A stretch of DNA of 63,690 bases, counting the filler, from Atractiella rhizophila (lineage: Eukaryota): assembly GCA_021432655.1 (NCBI GenBank). It is 5 parts of 5 records of this genome, joined end to end, with 100 filler letters (N's around TTAATTAATTAA, not from the genome) between each part and the next. Parts side by side here need not be neighbours in the genome. Positions count along the whole stretch, not along the records: positions 49,934 to 61,709 come from MU271928.1; positions 61,810 to 63,690 come from MU271977.1; 3 more parts are not named here. One strand, written 5' to 3'. The notes below the pieces were generated by a model, which was not told where the DNA came from, searched no databases, and saw only the letters and a list, made by a program, of their open reading frames with translations. The position numbers and the translations under genes were made by a program. This document shows, piece after piece, positions 54,742 to 63,690 of the stretch; within the stretch, counting starts at the first letter, position 1, and every line of letters begins with the position of its first letter.

Positions 54742-56430
54742 ATGAGCCTGCTCGGTGCTTCCTCTCTCCTTCGCTCTTCCCTCAGCCGCGGGGCAGCAAC
54801 ACAGGTGGGTCGTCCTCTGTGGCCTCTTAGAGCCTTTTAGTAGTTCTAGGGTGTTCATAGGAAATAATGCTAATACGAAAGGTACCAGCTGCGATACGCT
54901 TCCACCCAAGCCAAACCTCATACGGAGCAGAGCTCGCCGGTGGGTGATTTCAAGGGTGTCAAAAGCTCTAGGGTGAGTTTTCTACTCCCAAACAATATTG
55001 TGTTAATTTAGGAGTTAGGGCAATTATTTTGTACGGTTCTTCTTAGCGGGACAAAGCGTCAGCTGAGAAGTCGACAGGTCTCCTTGATTTCTGGTGACGG
55101 TATTGGACCTGAAATTTCTGAATCCGTTCAAGCAATTTATGAAAAGGCAAAGGTGTGTTTCTCTTGCCTTACACAGCCGGAAGGGTTGTAAAAATGTGGT
55201 TGGACGGGAAGGTCCCAGTAGAATGGGAAGAGGTCAACGTCGCGCCAGTCATCAAGGATGGGAAGCAGACAATTCCCGACGCTGCCATTGAGAACATCCG
55301 AAAGAACACCGTCGCATTGAAGGGTCCTTTGGCGACACCAAGTTCGTTTTCTGTCCTTCACATGATGAGGTGCTAAAAAAGGGCCTAAGTGGGAAAAGAA
55401 AACGTCCCCCCAAACCGAACCCCCCGCCAAACGTCAAACCCCTCCCAAAAGGCAAGCCCTGCCCGTCCAACCGCGGGTAAAAAAACCCCAAAGAAAAACG
55501 GGAATCCGGCAATAATCCGGAAAAAAACCAAGGAAAAGAATCCGGGAACCAAAAACAAGGGCCTCCCCCCCTGATGGGAAACAAAAAAAAAGGTGAAACA
55601 AAAAAAGGAAAAGGTGGCCAACGGGGCCGCCAAACCAACAAAACCAACAACTTTGAAACCCCCCAACCAAGCCCCCCAAAAGCAATCAAACAAGCAAGAA
55701 AAAAAAAAAAGGCCAAACGCAACCCCCGAAAAAAAACCCCAAACAAGGAACCCCTTCCCCCCTTTCAACGCTCAACTCTCTAACCGTCATCTTGGGTTTG
55801 CAGGAAACTTTCGGACGGCACTTTCCTCCAAGCTTGCAGAAAAGTAGCCGCTGAGTTCCCCCAAATCACATACGAGGAGGACCTCCTCGATAGGGTCTGC
55901 TTGAGGGTGGTTCAGAACCCTGCACCTTATGCAGACAGGGTCATGGTCATGCCTAATGTCTGTCCTCTATCCATCCTTTTTCACTGCTGACGAAGGCGCG
56001 TAAATAGTTGTACGGCGACATCCTCTCCGACATGTGCGCCGGTCTCATCGGCGGTCTGGGTCTCACTCCTTCAGGAAACATTGGAAAGGATGCGTCAATC
56101 TTTGAGGCCGTCCATGGATCCGCACCTGATATCGCAGGACAAGGAAAGGCAAACCCGACAGCGTTGTTGTTGAGCAGTTTGATGATGTTGAGGCACATGA
56201 GGCTTTATGAGCATGCGGATAGGATCGAGAAAGCAGCTCTTGGCGTAAGCTCTCCCTCTCTCTTTCTTCATCGTCTTTCTTCCTTCTTCTCCCAAAGGGG
56301 ACGTAGAACAGTTATATCTAACCTGGGGAATGGGGTACAGACCATTGCTGAGGGCAAGTCTATCACTGGTGATCTGGGTGGGAAGGCATCCACGAAGCAA
56401 TTCACGGATGCCATCATCGCTAAGCTCTGA
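54742..56430 (+). CDS. IDH2: NAD-dependent isocitrate dehydrogenase catalytic subunit (55375-55790 corrupted in this sequence)
   Basis: Presequence; [83 protein letters not shown]. Confidence 0.93.
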
Positions 56431-57427
56431 GCATGTCCCCACTTTACTGAGGACAGGGTGGCGGATCAGGTGTATGAGGAGGAGTTGCTGCTCGCCTGCA
56501 CAAAGTGAGATAGATTCAAAAGTGTTGTAGAGCTAGCGGGTGTCTAATATCCATACCTCCATCATGAACTCCTCAAGGAATCTTCGCAATTTGTGGCCCG
56601 TGTACTGCTAAATGTCACATCACATGACCCATGACAAAAGAACAAAGAACAACTTCCAGCAAGTTGGAGCCATCTTTCCACCACACTCCAGTATCAATAC
56701 TTCCTGAAATGCGGCGTCGACAGGAGCAATGTGCAGTGCTACAGAGAGTGATTGGTTAGAGACGGGTTTCTGTGTACATGTGGTCTTCGCTTGTTAGACG
56801 AATACAGGTTGACATTGACAAGGTGTGCTTATTTCTTGCTTTGCACATAAACGTGGTTAGAAAGAAGTATACTATGTGAAACATTGATCTGTTGAGAACA
56901 TGTCGAGTTATCCACAGAGTCAGTTGTCATCATTGAGGGGCTAATGAGACTTGAGAAAAGCTGCTTATCTCATGCCTAGTCCGGTAGCTTCGCTCCCTGT
57001 GCTCCTTTTGCCCATCCGTGATTTACTCTATGCTCATCTTGGGTAGAGACTGTACAGCATGATAAAAGAGATGTCGCTAAGTCTACAGTAGCCGAATGTT
57101 AAATTCAGTAATGGACCTGTCAAGACTTTTAATTGCATTACCAATGTTACACTGACAGGCATTACTGCCCTCAGATGGTGTAACACACGCTCATGGAGCC
57201 AAAGGATCGATTTTTGAAATATTCCGCCGTTTTCTCTTTTCTGCAGCCCATTGCCATCAAGTAACGCCTTTCCACAAATAATACCTTGCAAGCTCATTTA
57301 TCAAAAAAAAAGAGAGAGACGAAGTGGTACTGGCATGATGTTGCAAGAAGTTTCGCCTATTGACCTCGGAAACGGAAGCAAATCCGTGCTGCGGGAATGA
57401 AACAACTGCTACAACCAGTACGAAGAC

Positions 57428-57940
57428 ATGGACATGGATACCTCCCAAACTCAGAATCAGAAATATACTTTTCCTGCCGACACGCTACTTTCCTTTTCAC
57501 CTTTTGAAGAAAATTATCGCATGATTTCTTCTGGTTTGCTCGCGAACCATGACGATACATTGGATCGCTGGAATGCCGTCAACGAGCAAGTATCGAAGGA
57601 AAGAAAGTCTGAATTCCTCATTCCTCTCGTCATGCTTCGCATCTCCTACGTCTGCGAGGCTTGTGGACCTTTCTACGCTATGCAAGATGGGGCTTTCTTG
57701 GAGAGGTGGAATCTGAATGATGTGGAGTACGGGGCAGAATACGATTCCTGGAGAGCAGCTCTGGTCTGGCATCTCGCTTGCCTCCTTACTGCGGTTAGTA
57801 AGCTGCTCCTTATGTCTCACACAATATCTGATGCTAGTTGTAGAGGAACAGGAGAGGCAAAACGAGGATTTCGAAGATTGGCTAACTGAAATTTTTTTGG
57901 ACTCTCAATTGAGGGGGCTTGCTCTCGTCGATTGAGTGAC
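57428..57940 (+). CDS. Hypothetical protein
   Basis: ATG-initiated globular-looking frame with a GTTAGT..TAG intron continuing into EEQERQNEDFEDWLTEIFLD. No family recognised; 3' end uncertain. Confidence 0.4.
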
Positions 57941-58527
57941 TTCATCCATTATTGAATGTGTATCAGAGGTGCATAATTTGCAGAATATTTGGATTACCCG
58001 TTTGGCATATGTGCTTTCTTACCCTTCGTGACTGCTTTCTGTTTTTGCCTCGATTGCATTTTGTTGTTCCCTTCATCCTTCTGTTCTAGTTTACGTCGCA
58101 TATGTCTCACAACACATACAGAGTTTGTCAATTGCATTAGTCTCATTTACAGCCGAAATTTACGCGTTTCAAAATCGTTCTATCGTCCTGTTTACCCTCA
58201 CGCGATGCGAGACCTCTTGAAACTGCTGAAGCAGGCGGATGTCACGAAAGCCTTTATATAGTATAAATCGGTAAGTTTTGATGAGTTTATACAAGAAGGT
58301 GGAAGTCTGGGGGATGTATAAGGTGCTGGCAGAGACCATAACATCCTCTCTCCCGCTTTCCCTTGATTGCGTCCAAAAGATAGGTCCCACTATTTTGTGT
58401 TATCTTTCACTTGTTTTCATCAAGATTCTCGTTGTTATTGGACGTAGTAAAGTATGCCTGCGAACTTCACTAAGAAGGATGTGAAATCTCCCTCTGGCAA
58501 AAGAATTGCTGTCCGAATGCGTGTTGT

Positions 58528-60070
58528 TTAATACTCCATCATAGATATAGGTATTCTAAACTCTCCCGGAACCATCCAATAAACCTTCTTGATTCCGCTC
58601 CACGTTTCTTCTCCTTCATCATCCACCTTCACACTGTACCACTTGGTGGTCAGTCCGATCTCTTTCAGATGTAGCTCAGCAACGGAGCTGATAACACGCC
58701 AGTATCTCAGGGAGGACGATTGGGATATGGAAGGACGAACGTGTAGACATCCCAGAAAAGCCTGGACGACCCTCCCATGCCGTTGAACCAGCTGAATTTC
58801 GCCTTTCCTCCGTCCTTGAGTAAATTAGGGACTTGTTCAAAGAATTCCCTCAAATGCGTATAATGTTCACTTTTCGTCCACCAAATCGAACATCAGGACC
58901 TCAAATTAAAATCTGGAACGTAAGAATGGGAGGGACAAACCTGAAAGTGTCAAAGTATACAGCGTCGAATAGAGCGGCTTCTACCTCACCTTTTTCGATC
59001 GCGGAAATGTAATCTTGCCAACGACCTTCGTACACTTCGACTCCGGACTTGTCGTACCAGCCTTGGGATTTCATGTGTGCAAGGACGGAAGGATGGGGTT
59101 CTATGATGACATGTCGTGTCGGTTTGAGCTCTTGAAAGGCTTTATCTATCTGCTCCCCGCCATTTCAACAAAACGAGCAAGGAGATAAATGTGAGGAGAC
59201 AAACCAGTCCAAGCCCAAACCCAACGTTGAGAACTGCGACCTCTTCATCTTCCCTTTCGCCTGCTTCGGACCTTAGGAGCAATTTAGCAGTCTCTCGCAT
59301 GATTCCCGTTTCCCAGCCCATCATGACCCCATTCTTTTGCTCGTCTACTAGGATTTGTTGACCGGTAGCAGAAGTGAGATATCGAAGTTGAGATTGTAGG
59401 AATGCAGCGTTCGATGTTGCCGGATCTTCTTCTTTCTTTTTTGATCCTGGTTCTGTCCCATCCCCCTCCTCTTCTTCTGCAACAGGTTCGTCCTTCGTTG
59501 CTGAATTTTCGTCCGCCGAATCGGAAGGTATGCGGTCAAGAAGCGTGCCGAGCATTTCAGATCTATCTCACAAATGAAAAAGGCCTGTTAGTTTATGAAA
59601 AAGTCGCCAGAGTGGAACGCGGCGTGAACAAACCGGATTCCTTCATCCAAGATGAGAGCGTAGATCCGTTTAGAATTGAGAGAAAAAGCGATATCGCCAG
59701 CCGTCTTCCTAGCCAAATCCAACCAACAAACACATGAACATCCGTCTGGACAAGCTAAATATAAAAGAGGTAGCTAAGGTAAGGCGATACGCACATATCC
59801 TGCTTCATCAGTCAAATTCCATATCGCTCCACCCTTCAAAAGGCTGTCCACGATCTGCACCGTTTCTTCCGTCTCCATTTGAGCAGCGACGTAATGCAAC
59901 GAGCTCCATCCACTGACATCCTGGTACCACGCGTCCGCGCCTGCCATAAGGGATGCATTTACCTCGGACAGCGTTGGAGGGGGCGATTGCCGCGAACAGA
60001 GATTGAGCAAGGAAATCGCGAGCTCTTCCCGGGCGGCAGGATAGCCGGACGCTTCGTCTGCGATTTCCAT
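58528..60070 (-). CDS. RMT2: Arginine N-methyltransferase Rmt2 (ankyrin-like N-terminus), multi-exon
   Basis: AGADAWYQD..GWSSLHYVA..LLKGGAIWN; NGVMMGWETGIMRETA; VLNVGFGLG; HVIIEPHP.VL; EGRWQD; FDAVYFDTF/SEHY; FSWFNGMG; TAA at 58528-58530. Confidence 0.93.
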
Positions 60071-61709
60071 TGTGCAATGATTATTCGCCGACTAAAATCC
60101 GTGTTACAATGCTGACATAATGCTGAATTTTTTATACTCTGCGGCTTCGGCGCATTCCGATTGGGCAATTCGAAGTTTGACAGGGTCACACGTTCATGTG
60201 TGGTTTGTTTATTTGCTCTGTATCATGCTTCTTTACTACATAACAAGTCTTGTGGTAAATTTGTATCGAATGCAGGATCTATCACAGCAAGTGCATATTC
60301 TGAATAATGTCCAAGCGATATCAGCTTGAAGATGAACATATTCAATCGACGACGCACACCAGATGGCCCTCTCCCAAGATTATTGGGATATGGAGTCGCA
60401 CGATACGCCATTGAATGGGGTTGCGGCCTCTCTGTCGGACCTGAGTGCATAAGATGATGGGACGAGGAAATAGGAGGAACGAACTTCGTTTGATAATTAT
60501 ATCACCGTGCCGGTCGCGAGCAAAGAGGCGCATCCACCATCGCTTCTTGTATTTCTTTGCTTTCACGTCGCGTCGGCCTGGCAAGTCGCCTGCAAGGGAC
60601 GGTGCAGAAGAGGAGAGGAGTTTGTACTCTAGTTGCACGTCGGTGACTGTTTCCTGTGGAAGACTGCGGGTTCTGTTTATCTCAGACACCGTGGTGATGT
60701 GTTCTGAAGTCACAATGTATGGCGGTGGAAGTGTGCTAGGCATCCTGTTTCTCAACGCGCATCCAATGATAGTAGGAGCAGAGGTGGCAACACTCCCTTT
60801 TATGTCAGGAAGTGAAATGTTGCAATCATTTGTATTCTTTGCGAGATATACACCAGCCTTCAATCCTCCATCTGTTTTCGACGTGAGGAGACAAGTCCAA
60901 ATTCCCCACATATCTTCATCGTTTTTCGAGCAACCGCACTCCAAAGTCCGTGACTTATTGCCGAGCCACCATTTGAATATGGTGAGTTGTGGTGTGACGG
61001 GTGCACCAGCAATTGGTCAGCCGTCTCATCTACATGTTTGCCAAAGGCTGTGTAGATGGCATTGTACGTCGCTTCGGCTTCGTCCTTCGTCCCTCAGCGT
61101 TGTCTCCGAACCGCCACACATTCGCAACGACAGACCTTTTGTGTCGCGAGATTGCGCTTGCAAGAAATTCCCATGGTCTCTGTTTGTTCTTTTTTCTGAT
61201 CATGGCAGAAGAGAATGCACAATGCCCAAAAAGTGAAGAGGATTTCTTTCCGCTCCAGGTTGGACGCGCGATAGTGTCTCTTTCATGACGCAAGCAGGGT
61301 GCAGGTTCTGGTGCATGGAGCAAATCCAGATGTCGGTGCTTCTTTCCACACCTTGGATACATAATTATTCTCGGTCATGGCGTTCAGAAATCAAGGGACA
61401 AAGAAGTAGAAGGAAAGATGCTTCGCAGCATATTCCCCAGGCTGAAATGAAAGCACATTAATTATATCAATAGCACGGAGCACCTCTTTGACGAGCATAG
61501 CCTATTCCGCTTCATCTCCCTTTTCTTTGGCTCTTATAGTCTGGGGCTAGACGCCTTCGCAAGCTAAACTTTTTCTTTTGATTTTGTTAACAGCACTCGC
61601 ATTAATATATAACGCAAGTGTAGCATCCAACAGTTCTTCATACGATGTACCATGGTGATGCTCTGTCTTTAAAGGTAGAAGAATCGCTTCACCTTCCGAT
61701 GATCAACTT

Positions 61710-61809
61710 NNNNNNNNNNNNNNNNNNNNNNNNNNNNNNNNNNNNNNNNNNNNTTAATTAATTAANNNNNNNNNNNNNNNNNNNNNNNNNNNNNNNNNNN
61801 NNNNNNNNN
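61710..61809. other. Artificial contig linker
   Basis: 44N-TTAATTAATTAA-44N. Confidence 0.97.
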
Positions 61810-62204
61810 AAAGAAAATCCTCAAAATTGGAGCTTCGGGAAGAAATGTGTCGTCACAGGAGGAATCTTGCTGTTAACATGGTCGGTTTACATTGGATCAG
61901 CAATCTAGTAAGTGCACCGTTGATCGATTGAAGACCAGTGCTAATCAGATGGGAATCAGCGCATCTTCAGTCCCAGGAGTTATGGATTACTTTAAGGTTT
62001 CGCAAACGAAGTCAATTCTGGGACTCTCCCTATTCCTCCTCGGTCTTGGAACAGGTAATCATTGTGTCGCACCGTCGATTTCATTGGCTGACTATCATCA
62101 CAGGGCCGTTGATTTTGTCTCCCCTCTCAGAAGTCCCTTTCATAGGGCGTAATCCTGTCTACATGGCGACGCTCTTCATCTTCTTCATCCTCCAAATCCC
62201 GACT
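61810..62204 (+). pseudogene. MFS DHA1 drug:H+ antiporter fragment, interrupted at ~62204
   Basis: ENPQNWSFGKK..TWSVYIGSAI, GVMDYFKVSQTKSILGLSLFLLG/GPLILSPLSEVPFIGRNPVY..FFILQIPT. Homology stops abruptly mid-exon. Confidence 0.8.
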
Positions 62205-63690
62205 GTGACGACAACATATTTGACCATCTCGAACTGGAGTTTTATGTGTACCATATAACATACGGTGGTTGCATTATACCGTAGCGGTGCATTAAACGGC
62301 AGAGAAGCGTATTAACACCTACTGATCATATTAGCTTTCCAGTTAGACAAGACCTCGTGAACTGTTAACCTCCTTCGAGAACTCTCAAGCTTCTAACATA
62401 ACTAGTAATAGTGACAAACATTAAAACACAACAATTGTATCTCTAGTTACATATAACTAATGGTAAGATTCTAACTCGTATGAACGAGGTGGAGGACTAG
62501 AGTCGCGGAGAGTCTATTTTGTGGGTGTTTTTGCCCTAGTATTACCGCCAATTTGGTCGATTTTCTCTTGTAGGAGGAGGTTACGGGTCCAACCACTTGT
62601 CACGAGCGGGTTTTTCCTATTTAGGTCGTCGCGGTCTCCTTGCCTTCTTCAGCAAAGGTCGGTTATTCCTTCGTCGTATAGCACCTATGCGTCAACCGTT
62701 CATTTAGTCTGTTCTAACCTTGTCGTCGTGTTAGGGGCCCTACATTTCCCGTCGGCGTTGCTGACCGGGGTAGGTTACCTGGCTTCCTGCTCTATTGGTC
62801 GGACAAGTTGCGGTAGTCCCGGGTTAGGTGTTTCTCTCGCTCTCTTCGTCGCATGGCTTGTCTTCTTCTCTCTACCCGTACTTGGTTGACCGGTGCTCAC
62901 GGCGAACGTTAAATAGAAGACCCTACTCTTGTGGTCAAGCAAATTTGAAGCCGAGCTGCACCATCATCTGTTTATTCGATATCGGAGGGTAACGCTCTTT
63001 CGTAGGGTGTCGCTAAGGATCTTTTCCTTCGGGGACTTCAGGGTTCAACTTCGGCATCTAAGGGGGTTTATGCTCCCCCTTTCTGAGCTTTTTCTCCATC
63101 TTTTCGCTTATAGACACGTGGAAGGTAGTGATACCAAGTAAGACTCGTTGTTTTCTCCACGTTTGAGTGCGTTCGCGATCCATCTACAAGTGCTTTTCAT
63201 GTCGCCCGAGTTCGCAGTTGACCTTGCCGGCTTATTCGCGAAGTATGTCATGTAGAAATCCGCTACACAACCGAACCAGTTAGAGTGAGACACTAGAGTC
63301 GCGGAGCAAGAAGCAGTTGAAAGACTCAGAGAGACGGGCGAACTCTTCTTATCAGCGGCGTCTACAAAGACCCTCGCTGTGTCTCTCTTGATACTCGCAC
63401 TTCGGACTCTAGTACTCGTCGAGCATCTCGCCGGTCGCGGTCGGCACTTTGTATCGCCCTTTGGGTCTTACTGACCCGGTTCATGGATAAGCAAAGAGAG
63501 CAGTGACGTCACCGGTCTTTTATACGCTCTATGGATGCCCAGGTTCGCGTCGCCGTGAGCAGGTCTAGCGTTTCGTCATCAAGTCGAAGTAGCCACTGGT
63601 CTATAGGGGGTCACAGCGAGGAGGGCAGCGCTCGCGACCTCTCGGCTATTTGGGTCGTTTCTTCGCTTCTCGGTATTCTCGCGATATTAA
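62204..63690. mobile_element. Unidentified insertion, probably a degenerate transposable element, running to the window end
   Basis: Begins TGTGAC at the point where MFS homology ends. GTTACA at 62446-62451 could close a ~250-bp LTR-like unit. Downstream minus frame looks protein-like but is riddled with TAG/TAA; no diagnostic domain seen. Confidence 0.4.

Noticed and set aside
55252..55847. Phe/Gly- and Lys/Pro-rich ORFs
   Set aside because: Products of the corrupted IDH2 segment.
60342..61362. Overlapping 200- and 263-codon ORFs
   Set aside because: No recognisable domain or supportable exon structure; coding strand unclear.

Overview
This is eukaryotic, intron-dense fungal DNA that looks basidiomycete: mostly 50-90 nt GT..AG introns with CTRAY branch points, a Cryptococcus-type GPI chitin deacetylase and a basidiomycete Cys-rich type-I membrane protein family. 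The window is five assembly pieces joined by artificial 100-nt linkers (44N-TTAATTAATTAA-44N), so adjacency across 16582-16681, 33218-33317, 49834-49933 and 61710-61809 is not biological. Piece 1 holds ERG28, LETM1/MDM38, a chitin deacetylase, RPN9 and the standout gene: about 851 aa, 10 exons, encoding seven tandem TALE-like homeodomains. Five of the seven carry a phase-1 intron at the identical codon, and none retains Asn51. Piece 2 is repeat-rich: a duplicated TM/coiled-coil gene, a 1.4-kb gag-only LTR element (LTRs, PBS, PPT, 5-bp TSD) nested in a decayed DNA transposon, and a Tad1-like LINE ORF2 broken only by two TGA codons. Piece 3 holds a Zn2Cys6 fragment, Cys-rich membrane protein paralogues, PEBP, RIO2, an F-box gene, MIM2, MTQ2 and LYAR; RIO2 and MTQ2 each carry an anomalous ~920-nt intron. 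Piece 4 holds a RidA-family gene, a cytb5-acyl-CoA dehydrogenase, IDH2 (with a corrupted stretch) and RMT2. Piece 5 is a DHA1 MFS gene cut by a stop-riddled insertion. All calls are by-eye motif recognition, no searches were run, and CDS spans include introns.
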